Shown piece after piece: positions 1-13,575 of a DNA stretch of 64,000 bases. The translations under genes and the position numbers were made by a program. The stretch is from NCBI GenBank assembly GCA_026770705.1, contig JANJGN010000038.1, forward strand, positions 9,982,001 to 10,046,000. Direction: 5' to 3'. Under the pieces are notes generated by a model that was given only the letters and a program-made list of their open reading frames with translations, did no database searches and was not told where the DNA came from. Position 1 is the stretch's first letter; each line of letters starts with the position of its first letter. This DNA comes from Isurus oxyrinchus (taxonomy: Eukaryota).

Positions 1-399
1 TTGGAGGCACATTTTTACGAGGTGGAAAACACGGGAATTCAAAGGCAGAGTTTCGTAAATAAGTAGACATATAGAGGTTAAAATGAAATGAGGAAAAGGC
101 AGTTTTTGACAATGTTCTTTTCATATCACAATAGAAAACCAAGCTGAATCAAAAAGAATGTCGGGGTAATCTGAAAACATGAATTTCAGGGCAGTGTGGC
201 GGGGGTGAGAGGGAGTTGGTGGGGATGGAAGGGGAGATTGGAGTTGCGGATAGTTTAGAGCAGTGAAAATATATCATTAAAATAGATTTGCTGCTGACAT
301 AACAATGAAGCAAACCCCTTCTGTCAGCAGCAGGGCATCAAAGGATGTTTGGGCCCATTATGTCAAGATTCAGACCTTCTTGTAGAGGCAGAAAACAAA

Positions 400-1620
400 G
401 CTCAAGCAATAAATGTCTACTTTGCATCTTTATTTGAGTAGCAAATGTTGCCAATGCAGACATAAAGATGGAAGCAACATTTCATTGGATAAAAATAGAG
501 AAAGCGAAGGTATTTCAAGATTGTCCATCGCCAACCCTGGAAAGCCACCAACCTAAATCAGTGGCACCTTGAGTTACCTAGGAAGTAGGGGAGGACACTG
601 TGGAGTTTCTGACCTGAAGCTGACAATCCTCCTTGTCTACGGGGATGGTGCCGCATGGCTTCAGGACTGCAAGTGTTACACCCCTGTTTATATATAGGGG
701 AGAGGGGCGAACAAAGTAATTGCAGGCTAAAGATCCTAATGTTGGTGTAGAAAATGTTTAAAGGCAATAGTCCGGGACAAAAATAATTTATATTTGAAAC
801 AAAAGTCTGGGCTAATAAATGGAATTCTGTCTAACTGACTCGAATGCTGTGCTTTTGGTGAAGGCGTAATAAGCTTTGATAAGGACAATCTGGTTCATGT
901 TGTCTGTATGAACTTGCAAACGTTGTTTACAAGTGAAACATTATCAAAATAAAAACTTATGATGTTAAAGAAACATGGAAACAGAACTTTCCAAACGGTT
1001 GGGTAACAGCGTACTGGTGAGCAGTTAATTTTTTTCAGACTAGAGAGCAGTATAAACGGCTGATCTGTAGTGGTCTGTATCAGGTCCACTGCTATTTTGA
1101 TGCCTATTAATAGGCTGGACTTAGGCATTCAGGGAATAACTTGAAAGTTAACAAATCATACTGACTCAAAAATGTGGTAAAGCATGAGGATTGTAAGAGT
1201 CTTCATGCGGATTTTGACTTGTCAGGTGAGCAAACATGTAACGTGTAACAATTAATATAGTTAAGCGTATATAGTGGCACATTTTGGTTGGTCGAATGAA
1301 GAAAGGCAATATTAATTAAATAGGATAAATTTAAGGAGTTCAAAAGACAGAGATGGTGTACAGACACAGATCCTTTAACGGGACTGGGCAATTGGAAAGA
1401 CATGAATAGCTTATAGGATCTTTTATTGTATTTAATAAGGGATTACAAAACAGAAGCAAGGAAGTTATGAAAAATGTTCAGAAACAATTGCGTAGGCCTT
1501 CGCTGTCGTATTGCATCCAATTCTGGACACCATACTTCAGGGCAAATGACAAGAACTTAGAGATGGTGCTGATGAAACTTATTAGAATTATTTAGGGTGA
1601 AGGAATTTCGTTCAGATGAA
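400..1620 (+). mobile_element. Highly decayed CR1-type LINE ORF2 fragment
   Basis: Degenerate matches to CR1 segments seen in better-preserved copies in this window (tactttgcatct = YFAS; gtattgcatccaattctggacaccatacttcagg = YCxQFWxPY); no open frame. Confidence 0.6.
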
Positions 1621-3509
1621 ACGAAAGTATTCACTGCATTCAGAATAAAAACAATCACTAACCCGAAAAACCCAACATCCAGATCAGTAAATATCAAAAC
1701 CCCACAACTCCAACATCCAGACCATAAATATCATTAACCCCACATCCATAACATCCAGAATCCTCACTATCATTAACCCCACATCCCGAACATCCAGAGT
1801 CCACACTACCATTATTCCCACATACCTATCATTAACCTGAAAATCCCAACATCCAGAAACATAAATTTCATTGACCCCACTTTCTCAACATTCAGAATTG
1901 TCGCTATCACTAACTCCATTCCAAACATCTAGAATCCTCGCAGTAATTAACCATGTTACCAACATTCCGAATTCTCACTATGACTAATCCCATTCACAAC
2001 AACCAGACTCCTCACTATTACTAACACCGTCCTCAAAATCTGGAATCTGCACTAGAACTAAACTTATTCCCAACATTCAGAATCCTCATTATCACTAAAC
2101 ACATTTACAACATCCAGCGTCTTCATTCTCATTAACATCGTTCCCAAAATCCAGATTCCTCTTTATCATTAACCCCAATCACAACATCCAGATTCCTCAC
2201 TTACACTAACCCATTCCAATCATCCAGAATCGCTACTATCTTTGACCCCATTCCCAACATCCAGAATCCTCAGTATCACTAACACCATTCTCAAAATCCG
2301 GAATCTGCACTACACTAAACCTATTCCCAAATTTCAGGATTCTCACTACTGCTAACCCCATTCCCAACATCTAGATTCTTCACAATTTGCTGACCACATT
2401 CACAACTTCCATATTCCTAACGATCACTAACACCTTTCCCAAGATCCAGATTCCTCATTATCATTAACCCCATTCCCAACATTCAGAATCGTCACTATCA
2501 CTGACCCCATTCCCAACATCCAGAACCCTCAGAATGAAAAATTCTATTCCCAACATGAGGAATCCTAAACATTATGAAGGAAATTTGCTACATCCCGAAT
2601 CATCACTATCATTAGCCCCATATTCCTAACATCCGGAATTCTCATTGTCACGAACCCCATTCCAAAAATCCGGAATCCTCACTATCATATATCCACATTC
2701 CAGGATTCTCACTGTCAAGAACTCCATTCCCAACATTCAGAATTCTCACTATCACTAACCCAACACTCTCAACATCCAGAATCCTCACAATCACAAACTC
2801 CAATTGAAACATCCAAGTTCCTCACTATCACTAACCCCATTCCCAACATCCAAATCTCCACTAGCACTGAATCCACATTTCCAACATCCAGAATCCTCAA
2901 AATACGAACGTGCTTCCCAAAATACAGCATTCTCACTATCACTAACACAGTATTCGCAAAATCGAGAAACCTCACCATCACTGATCCCACAACCTGAAAT
3001 CCAGAGACCTCATCAGCACTGAGCGCACAACCCAAAACCAGAAACGACATCATCACAGACCTCATAACCCAAACATCCAAAATCCTCACTACTACAATGA
3101 CAATCCCAGCATCTAGGCTCCTAACTTATCATTGAATATATTCCCAACATTCAGAATCTGCATTATCAGTAACTCCATTCCCAACATCCAGAGTACTCAC
3201 TATCACTGACCCACAACCCAAACATCCAAAATCCTCACTATTAGTAACGACAATCCCAGCATCTAGGTTCCTCACTTATCATTGAATACATTCCCAACAT
3301 TCAGGATCCTCACGATCACTAGCTCCATTTCCAACATCCAGAATCCTCACTGTCACAGACCCACATTTGCAACATCTAGAAACTTCACTATCACTAACTC
3401 CATTGCAAACATCCAACATCCTCTCTTCACTAACCCGATTCACAGCATCCAGCATCCTCACCCTCACTAACCCCATTACCAGCATTCAGAATTCTCAATA
3501 TCACTATAT

Positions 3510-4460
3510 TTTTTGTTTTGTTATATTCATTCATGTCATTTGGGGCGCCGCTGTCTAGGCCAGCATTCATTAACCATCCCGCATCGCGCTTGAGAAGGTG
3601 GTTGATGAAATGCCTCATTGAACCGCTGCAGTCCATGTTGTGTAGGTACACACACAGAGCTGTTAGGGAGGGAGTCCAAGGATTTTGACCCAGCAACAGT
3701 GAAGGAACGGTGATATAATTCCAAGTCAGAATAGTGAACGTCTTGAGCAGGAACTTCCAGATGATGGTGTTCCCATGTGCCTGCTGCCCTTGTCCCTCTC
3801 GATGATAGCGGCCATGGGTTTCGATGCTGCTGTCGAATGAGCATTGGTAAATTCCTGCAGTGCATCTTGTAGATGATACACTGCGCCTGTGCATCGGTGG
3901 TGGAATGCAGTGAATGCTTGTGGATGTTGTACTAATCAAGTGACCTGGATTTGGATCAGTCCGATCTTCTTAATTGTTGTTGGAGTTTCACTCAGCTGGG
4001 CAAGTGAAAAGTATCCCATCACACACCTGACGTGTTTGTTGATGGTGGACAGGCTTTTGTGGAGTCAGGAGGTGAGTTATTCGCCACAGGATTCCTAGCT
4101 CCAGAGCTGCTCTCATCGCCATTGTAGTTCTATGTCAATTCCAGTTCAGTTTCTGGTCAATGATAACTCCCAGGTTGTCGATAGTGGGGGATTGGGTGAT
4201 GGTAAAGCAGAATGTCAAAGGGCATCTTTAGATTATCTCTTGTTAGAGACAATGATTGCCTGGAACCTGTGCGGTGTGAAAGTTGCTTGCTACTTGTCAG
4301 CCCAGTCCAGATCTAGTTGCATTTGTTCAGGGCTGCTTCAGTACCTGAGGAGTCGCGATTTGGTTCTGAATATTGCACAATCATAAGCGAGCATTCTCAC
4401 TTCTCACCTTATGATGGAAGGAACTTCATTGATGAAAGAGCTGTGCCTCGGGAATTCTCC
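3510..4460 (-). mobile_element. 5'-truncated CR1/L2-clade LINE 3' end inside the satellite (copy A)
   Basis: Reverse complement matches the 3' end of the RT-encoding element at 44810-45955 (ggccagcattcatt...cttgagaaggtgg...ccaagtcagaat). Confidence 0.8.
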
Positions 4461-4736
4461 ACTAACCCCGCTTTCCCAACTTCCAGATTCCTCCCTTATG
4501 CTAACCACACATCCCCAAAATTCAGAATCCGCCCTATCAGTAACCCCACATTCCCAACATCCAGAATGCTCACTATCACTAAAGCCACATTCCCAGTATC
4601 CAGAAATCTCACTATCAATAAACCACACTCCCAACATTCTGAAAACTCTCTATCACTAGCCCCATTCCCAAAAGTCAGAATCCTCAATATCACTAACCTT
4701 ATTGCCAATATATAGAATCCTCACTCTCATTATAAT

Positions 4737-5006
4737 AATAAAAACAAAAGAACTGCAGATGCTGGAAATCCAAAACAAAAGCAGAATTACCTGGAAAAAC
4801 TCAGCAGGTCTGGCAGCATCGGCGGAGAAGAAAAGAGTTGACGTTTCGAGTCCTCATGACCCTTCGACAGAACTTGAGTTGGAGTCCAAGAAAGAGTTGA
4901 AATATAAGCTGGTTTAAGGTGTGTGTGTGGGGGGCAGAGAGATAGAGAGAGAGAGAGGGGTGGGGGAGGGGTTGCGGGTGTGGTTGTGTGGACAAACAAG
5001 CAGTGC
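4737..5006 (-). mobile_element. Young Penelope-like element (PLE) 3' terminal fragment
   Basis: Near-identical to 13576-13790 and 63182-63311; contains a hammerhead-like motif; flanked by 16-bp direct repeat atcctcactctcatta (4717-4732, 5007-5022). Confidence 0.8.
4836..4874 (-). ncRNA. Minimal hammerhead ribozyme-like motif in PLE end (atypical CUGUCGA core)
   Basis: Minus strand reads agtt-CTGTCGA-a-gggtc-atgag-gactc-GAAA-C-GTC-aact: helix I agtt/aact, 5-bp helix II, GAAA, GUC cleavage triplet. Confidence 0.65.
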
Positions 5007-5249
5007 ATCCTCACTCTCATTAACCTCATTTCCAATGTACAGAATCCTCACTCTCACGAATCCCATTGCCAATATCCGCAAGCCTCACTATCACTAACAC
5101 CACATTTCCAGTATCCAGAATCCTCACTATCAATAAACCACACTCCCAACATTCTGAAACCTCACTATCACTAGCCCCATTCCCAACTTCCAGAATACTC
5201 CCCATTACTAACATCATTCCCAACATCCAGAATTCTCACTGTCACTATT

Positions 5250-6215
5250 TTTATTTATTATTATTCATTCATGGCATTTGGTCATTGGTGACTAGGCCTG
5301 CATTCATTAACCAACCCTAATTGCCCTTGAGAAGGTGGTGGTGATCTGCCTCATTGAACCGCTGCAGTCCATGTGATTTTGGTACACCCGGAGAACTGTT
5401 AGCAAGGGACTCCAAGGATTTTGACCCAGAGACATTTAAGGAACGGCGATATATTTTTCCAAGTCAGAATGGTGAGTGGCTTGAGTTGGGATGTCCAGGT
5501 GCTGGTATCCCCATATATCTGCTGCGCTTGCCTTTCTGTATGGTAGCGGCCATGGGCTTAGAAGCTGCTGTCGAAGGAGCCTTGTTGAGTTCCTGCAGTG
5601 CATCTTGTAGATGGTACACAGTGCTGTCAATGTGAGTCGGTGGTGGATGGACTGAATGTTTCTGGATGCTGTGCCAGTCAAGTTGCCTGTTTTGTCTTGG
5701 ATCGGGTCCAGCTTCTCAAGTATTGTTGGAGCTTCACTCAACCAGGCAAGTGGAGAGTATCCCATCACACTCCTGACTTGAGTTTGTAGATAGTGGACAG
5801 GCTTTTGTGGAGTAAGGAGGTGAGTTACTGGTCGCAGGATTCCTAGCCCCTGGCCTGCTCTTGTTGCCATTGTAGTTCTCTGTCAATTCCAGCTCAGTTT
5901 CTGATCAATGTTAACCCCCAGGATGCTGGAGCAAGGAATTCAGCGATTATAATGCCGTTGAATATCAAGCAGCATGGTTAGATTCATTCTTGTCAGAGAA
6001 AGTCATTGCTTGGCATTTGTGTGGTGCGACATTTGCTTTCCACTTGTCAGCCCAGTCCAGATCTAGTTGCAATTGTTCATGTGCTGCTTCAGTACCCGAG
6101 GAGTCGCGATTTGGCTCTGAACATTGCAAAATCATAAGTGAACATTCTCACTTCGGATCTTATGATAGAAAGAAGGTCATTGATGAAAGTGCTTAAGACG
6201 GTTGGGCCTCTGAAA
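5250..6215 (-). mobile_element. 5'-truncated CR1/L2-clade LINE 3' end inside the satellite (copy B)
   Basis: Colinear with 3510-4460 with the same end points. Confidence 0.8.
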
Positions 6216-8829
6216 TTACACACTAACCCCACTTTCCCAACTTCCAGAATCCTCCCTATCGCTAATCCAACAATCCCAACATCCAGATTCCAGTCTCTTG
6301 CTAACCCGTCTTCCAACTTCCAGAGTCCTCACTATCACTAACTCCACGTTCCCAAAATCCAGAATCTCACTAGCACTAACATCACATTCCCAATATGTGG
6401 AATCCTCACTATCAGCAAACCACACTTCCAACATCCAGAATTCTCAAAATACCTAATCCCACATTCCCAACATCCAGGACCCTCACTATCACTGACAAAG
6501 TCCCAAGATACAGAATTCTCACTGTTACTAAACCACCCTCCTCAAATGCAGGACCCTCACTATCACTACCCCCACTTCCCAACATCCAGAATGCTCATAA
6601 TCAATAACCCCACGCTGCCAAATTCTAGAATCCCCTCCATCACTGTCCCTGCATTCCCAATGCCCAGAATGCCTCACGATCGCTAACAAAGACTCCCAAC
6701 ATCCACACTCCTCACTATCACTAAACCATACTCCCCACATGCAGAATCCTCACTATCACAAACCCGACGCTGCCAACATCCAGAACCCTCTCTATCACTA
6801 ACCGCACACTCCCAACATCAAAGCCCTCAGCATCACTAGCCCTACTTTCCCAATATCCAGCATCCTCACTATTACTAACCCGGCAATCCCATCACCCAGA
6901 ATCATCTCTAACACTAACTGCATTCCCTATATCCAGAATCTTCACTGTCATTAAACCAACATTCAAAATCCTCACTATCACTAACCGCACATTCCCAGCA
7001 TCCAGAATCCTCACTATTACTAACCCCACATTCCTAAAATTCAAGTCCTCACTATCACTAACCCTATTCCCAAATTCAGCGCCCTCATTATCACTGACCC
7101 CATTCCCAACATCAAGAACATTCACGATCACTAACCCCACACTCCAATCATCAATAATCGTCACTATCAGTAACTCCACACTCACAACATCCAGAATCCT
7201 CACTATCACTAATCCCGAACTCCCAGCATCCAAAACGCCCACCATCGTATCCCCGCACTTCCATCACCCAGAGCCCTGATCGCTAACCTCAAACATCGTC
7301 ACCCAGATAACTCACCCCTCGGCCGCCCCACCTTCTCATTACTCAGAGAGCTTATCATGAATAACCCCAGCCTCCAACATCAACCTCCTTCACCATGAAG
7401 CCTCCCACATTTGTAACACTAGGAATCCTTTTTGTTACCAGTCACTCAGTTTTCCAATATCATTCATACGATTTATTATCACATATCGCCCCCAAAAGTG
7501 AATCTCCTCAAATTATCGTCGTACCTGGAGCCTCATGAGTGAAGTATCTCTGTCGTGCCACACAGGCCGATTAGTATTCTTTTCTCTATGAGCTAGAGCC
7601 AGAACTTGAACTAAGGTCCATTTTCCCTTCCTAGGAACACTCTATTTCACTAACTTCTACAATTATATTAACTCTAAACATTGTGGTATTGTTACTGCTT
7701 TCAAGGCGCTGATCACTCAGAATCCTTTCAGCCTCCAACAATAAGTCTGATACTCAGGGTCTCCGCTGAACTGCACGCTGCCATAATCCAGAGCTCTCTC
7801 AAATTCTTCATGCTCCTCTTTAGTCGCCTAGATTCTTACCCATCATCCAAACCCTCGCTGCCATTGTCCAGCCTCCACTCAGTCACTAATATCTATACTG
7901 CCATCTCGTACAAACCTGTTCTGCCACTGCTTGGAGCAGACAGATGGTCCTGGGAAACAAGGAGCATTCTATTCTTTAGCAGATCGTTCGGTAGGATATT
8001 TAATTTCTGCACAAACTACTAAGGCGACCAGGTTCTCCTTAATTACTATTTGTCACTCAAGACATTTGTTGCAATGCAGCCGGATAATCGGCAGTATGAA
8101 CTCTGTGAAGTTAGGCTTTGAATCGGACTCTCTCCCTTCTGATTGCCAGGTAGAACCGTCCTAGCAAAACCTTGTGGACTACCACAAAACAGGCTTAGAA
8201 GGGTTATTGTACTTATCGACCCTGAGAAATGTTAAAGGGAGATAACCCAATGTACATTAAAGAATATTGGTAATTAGAGTTAAATGTGAAGTGATTGGGT
8301 TACTAGGTCTGTGACAGTGTGAGATCAGCTGGAGATGTTCTCTGTAATCTCCTTCGATCACCTCCTTATCATTTCCCAGGGATGTTTTTCAGTCTAAGAT
8401 CCCCGGTTATCTATTTCTACACTTACAATTAAATGCCCGCTTATATTTCTCAAATTCGAAATAATCTTCAATTAAATAAATGTGAACAATATTTTCTGGG
8501 TTTGAGATGGAGCAGAGGCAGCAAATTAATTCAGGTTAAAAAGATAACTGCGCTGTCTTCTTTCTAATTTTATTCAGCCAACATCCTGTTTTTCTGCTGC
8601 TGTGCAAAACCACAGGCAGCGTGTCCTGCAGTAAATCAATACACAGAGCTTTATGTACCGGTTGCAGCCTGCACCTGGCAGCACGCAGCACCGGCCTGGA
8701 AAGCTATGTGCTGAAGTGTACGTCTGTCATTTTATGTCAGAATTAACAATATGAAGATGATTTGTAGCATTGAAAATGAACGGAACTGTTTCGGATCTCA
8801 GTAAATGACAAGGTCCCCGCCGTTCTCAT

Positions 8830-9340
8830 TCTTTAGGTCCCTCTGTCTTTTGTTCCTCTTTGCTTCTGCTTGCATCGACAGTCTAACACAATCTCCTGTC
8901 TATCTCTCTGCCTCACTATCTGCCGCCACCTCTTTCTTCTTCTTATCTATCTATCTATCTATCTTTCCATCTGTCCAACTGTCTATCTCCCTATCAATCA
9001 ATCAATCTATCTATCTCCCGAACTATCTTTACCTCTGTCTTGCGGTCGGTTTCTCACTCTGTCAATATTTTCTCCCATCTCTCGTATTCTATCTCTCCTT
9101 GTCTCGAGCTCTGCTTTCGTCCTCTTTCCTTTCTATCTTTCTGTTAGTAATCCCTCTACTGATTTTCATCCCTTTCTCTCGTTCTGCATCCAAACTGCTA
9201 TTTCTGTCTTTTCTTCCTCGCTAGGTAGCTCTATCTATGTTTCTGATCCTCTCTTTAACCATCTAGCTGACGATCTGTGTACACCAGTTCTCTGTCTATT
9301 TCTACTTTTATCTCTCTGCCCTTTAACTTATTGTCACATC
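8830..9340. repeat. CT/TCTA-rich low-complexity tract
   Basis: (tcta)n, (tcaa)n and pyrimidine-rich degenerate runs; the L/S/F-rich ORFs are artefacts. Confidence 0.85.
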
Positions 9341-10689
9341 CCTGTATCGAATATTTCAATTGAGTTCATATCCCATTTGTTCTAAACTGGTTAAAAATAA
9401 CTTTAAATTGAGAAAGCAAAATGTAATTTACTGTCTTCGATTTTAGTTTATTATTTCCACAAATGGGATTTCTAGATTATTATTTCGATGTCTTTCTGCA
9501 TCACAACCTTTTGTCTTTGCAGATATGACTCCACCTGCTTTTCTGTCCCCCCGTGTTATCTGTACCTTCATGCTATGGGCACGAAACCCCACACTTAGGA
9601 TACTTTTCTCTGCTTTTTGTCCAAACAGCGCTTTGAGGCTGAAAATCGACTTCGGTAGAGGTGAATTCGTCATTACCCGATCGATGGCGATTATACACTG
9701 GTCAATTTTCCACCCTGTGGAATTCCATACAGAGGAAATGCGGTGGTTTTAGATAACTGGTGGTCCATTCAATACCGCCTGATATCCCACGGCCTGCCTC
9801 CCCCTCACTCCACGACCCCCCAACCAACCATCCCCCAACACACCCCCTCCCCGCGCAATCAAAGCTGAATTTAACGTGAAACATATAAAGATGGTGGGAA
9901 TGAATAGCTACTATATCTGTCTGGAAACTGTACATCGCCAGGTCATGAACTTATCATTAATTTTAATAGGTGGTGAACCATGACTTCGGGGTATAAAATA
10001 TCTTTGTTTGTTCCCAGCCCCAAAACTGAAATTTCCGGGCTGGATGTTAACTAAGCGAACTCCAGGAGATCATGATATCCCATAATAAAAACAACCAAAC
10101 TCCCCATGTGCCCGATCACATCAAAACATCAATGACCTGCTGACTCGGGAAGTTGTAGGAATTAGGGACATTACAGCAGAAGGGAGCAGAGCTGTCTGTT
10201 TTACTATGGACATTGCCACACTCTGCTGGCGAAGAAAGTGTATTACACTGTCATCAGTGCAACGTGTTCGTCCATTCATGGCCATCAGCTTCATCTTATC
10301 CAGCTATCTCGATCAGCATATCGATTCAAATTTCCCACAATAATTTTCATGGGGGCAGGTGTCCATTAAAGAGGGGATTTCATAGACTTAGGAGAAAGAA
10401 GTGAAAACATTCCTGAAGGTGAAACTCCTGAGGAGGTTTTAGGGGGACACTGACAAGAGAAATTAGGTAATTACAGTAATAACGGACGAGATGCCGTTGC
10501 TGGAGGTGAACGGCGAGGAAAAGTAGACTGAAGGGGTAATCCAGTGCTCCATGAGATTTATTTAGTATCCAATCTGATCCTGAGTCTCAATTTTTAATGG
10601 AGCAAAAAATGGCTTAAAAGTAAGAACATAATTTCAGTGTTTGCAAGAGGGCACCACGGCCCACTCTGTATCATATACATATAGATAGC

Positions 10690-12260
10690 AACAGTAATCT
10701 ATTCCTGTAATAGCCCTCAAATTAAATATCAAGACTCCATCACTTGATAAAATTCACGTTAAATGACCAAAAATCCAATTATTTAACATACCTCAGAGCA
10801 ATTAAGCAATGTCCCATTGATGTTATATCGCTCATTTTAAATGATAAATAATTCATTGGTGAATTATATCACGTTTCAAATGAACAAATTCCAATCACTG
10901 TAATATAACTCGCAATAATTGAACAATAATCCATTTTTCATACTTTTCACATTACATTAATAATGCTTCCTAGCAATAATATATCTCAAATTAAATAAAG
11001 AAATATCCATAAAGGTAATATCAATCACATTAAATGAACGGTAATTCATTGTAACTCTGTAACTCACAAGAAATGAACAATAATTTATTGCTCTGATATG
11101 TCTCACTTTAGAGGAACAATGTTGCACTGCTGCAATACTCATTATATTAAATGAAAATGCATGCCATTACTGCAGAGTCACAATTCAATGAATAATAATC
11201 TTTATATTTAATATAACTCACAACAAATATTCAATAATCCATTTCTGCCATGATCTTGACATGCAATTAATACTAATCAATTGTTGTCACATATCAGACG
11301 GTAAAGGAAAAATAATCCAGTGTTGTAGTATCCCTCACATTAAAAACAATAATGCATTGCTGCAATATAACTCATTTTAAATGATGAATAATCCATTGCT
11401 CCGAGGCAGCTTACATTAATTGATCAATAATCCACTCCTGTAATATTCCCCAAATTAAACGAATACTAATTCCTTGCCATAATGTACAAGGCTTTAAAGT
11501 AATCCTGATTCATTTCTGCAATGCATGAAACGAACAAAAATCTAGTGCTGTGATACCCCTTACCTGAACTGAATAATCTATTCCTTTAATAAACTCACTC
11601 CAAAGGAGCAATCACTGTAATATCCCTGAAATGTAATGAACATTACTCCATTTCTTCAATATGCAACATATTAAATGCACACTGATCTATTGCTCAAATA
11701 TCCCTTATAATAACTGAAAATAATCAATTTTGTAATATATGTCATATGAAATGAAAAGTAATGTATATATTTGATATCCCTTGCGTTAAACAAGCAAAAC
11801 TCTACGATTGAAATATCCTCCAAATTAAATGAACACTGACGCATTGCTGTTGTATACCTCAAAGTACTTGAGCATTAGTCCATTAGTTTCAGGTGCATCA
11901 TATTAAGTGAATAATAACCCATTTCTGTATTATAGCACACTTTATTTAACAACATTCCATTGCTGGAGTACAGCTCACATAACATGATTTAGTTATATAT
12001 CTGTAACACCCCTCACATTAATGAACAATAATCCATTACTATAAGAAGCTAATAATTTCTTCTCGCTTTATTATCCCTCCCGTCAAACGAATAGTAAATT
12101 ATCATCTTTTCTGATATACTTCACACTGAATGGGAAATATCTCAGTGTTGTAAGGTATCACAGATGAAATGAATAATAATCATTCATTGTGACATATTCC
12201 TTACATTCCAAGGGCATTAACCGATTATTACATGTAAAGTTAATAACATTCATTGCTCTT
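10690..12260. repeat. Old AT-rich minisatellite, ~39-40 bp unit (aaatgaacaataatccattgctgtaatatccctcacatt)
   Basis: Recurring aaatgaa(c/t)aataatccatt...taatat.cctcac motifs at roughly 40-bp spacing. Confidence 0.85.
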
Positions 12261-13575
12261 TTAAGAGTCTGTCTTGTGTTTGCTTGTCGTATTCCTCGAG
12301 ATGTCTTTTATTCGTAAAAGTTAAGTGTGGAAATTGGAATCACCCTGTTTGGTTTTGAGTGAACGTGAATAGTATGTATGCTTCCCACTTGAAATTTTTC
12401 ATAAATGATTTGAAAGTTGGCCATTTCCTTGTGCTTTATTTTTACAGCAGCAGTGCCCCTAAGAATTACTTCTGAAAATAACCTGAGTCGTTTTTTTGCC
12501 CAGAGTGTTAGAAATGAACGCAATAATGTGTTAGTTTTCATTCACTGTCAGCATCAAGCTCAGCTTTTAGCGCTGAACCAGTTATGCGGCTGCCGCCTCA
12601 GTAAGCTCACATGCCCAGGCAGATCTGTCGTGTTTGTGTATTTGCAGCTTTCCTGAGTGCAGCTAGAGTGTTAGCAAGTTGATTTTACTGACTTATATCT
12701 TTTACAACTGATCGGGAAGGCAGACAAACCACACTTGCAAAAAAACATATAGTTTGATTGTTTTTTTGTTGTAGTTTGTCAAATAATAATGTAAATACCA
12801 CGTTAATCTGCAAAACTAACCGAACTATCAGGTCCAGGGGAAGAAATGTAATTCGATTGGTCAAATGATATAAACAAACACGTTTACAAAAGGAAGGAAT
12901 TTTTTTGGCCCATCGTGTGCGCGCTCTCCTGGAGAAAAGTAAAGTGACCCCGAGTACTGCTCAGTCTCCTCATCTTACTTTGTTTAAAAATGGATTGAAA
13001 GGTGCATTAATATCCACCTCAGTCGCTGCCTGAGGTGAAGAACTCTACTCTGTATTGCAAATATATTGGGGAAAACGTCGTTTTGCTATCGCAATATCTT
13101 TCATTAAAGCAGAAGTACTATCTGGCACATTACAGAACAGGAGTAATCCTCTACAAACAACTCTACACCTCTTAGCGTTCAGTGAGAGACAGAATTGATT
13201 TTCTCCATTGTCATCCAATCTCTACAAACACTGTTACTGAGAATTAAGAATCAATTTGTTTCAAAAGTGAAGCCCATGGCAGCGTGGATATTGGTTGGGG
13301 GACTGCAAGCAGGTAGTTGTGGTAAATGGTTATTTTAAGGCAGGATGGTATATTTTCTTGATTGGAACAATTAGCAAATAAAGCAAATTAAAGGGAATTA
13401 AATTAATACAAATTAAATAAATTAACAAATCAAATAGCCAGGTAATCCCTTAAAGGGACAGACTGGAGGGTATGTGTGAACAAATTTCCGAAATTGGCAG
13501 GCGGATTTGAGAAGGCTGCAAAAAAGACACATACGGGCCTTGACTTTGAATGCAAAGACAAAAAGGTAACAAGGG

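Larger units (their letters stand above)
1655..7420. repeat. Degenerate tandem satellite, ~37-39 bp unit (cccc(ac)attcccaacatccagaatcctcactatcactaa), interrupted by LINE and PLE insertions
   Basis: Unit recurs dozens of times; the ORFs annotated here are repetitive translations (RILDVGNG, TNPTFPTSRIL). Confidence 0.95.

Noticed and set aside
1655-7420. 37-bp repeats as a CRISPR array
   Set aside because: Units are contiguous and degenerate with no unique spacers, there are no cas genes, and the context is eukaryotic.
8805-9385. Hydrophobic 139-aa and 171-aa ORFs as membrane proteins
   Set aside because: They are translations of CT/TCTA low-complexity DNA.
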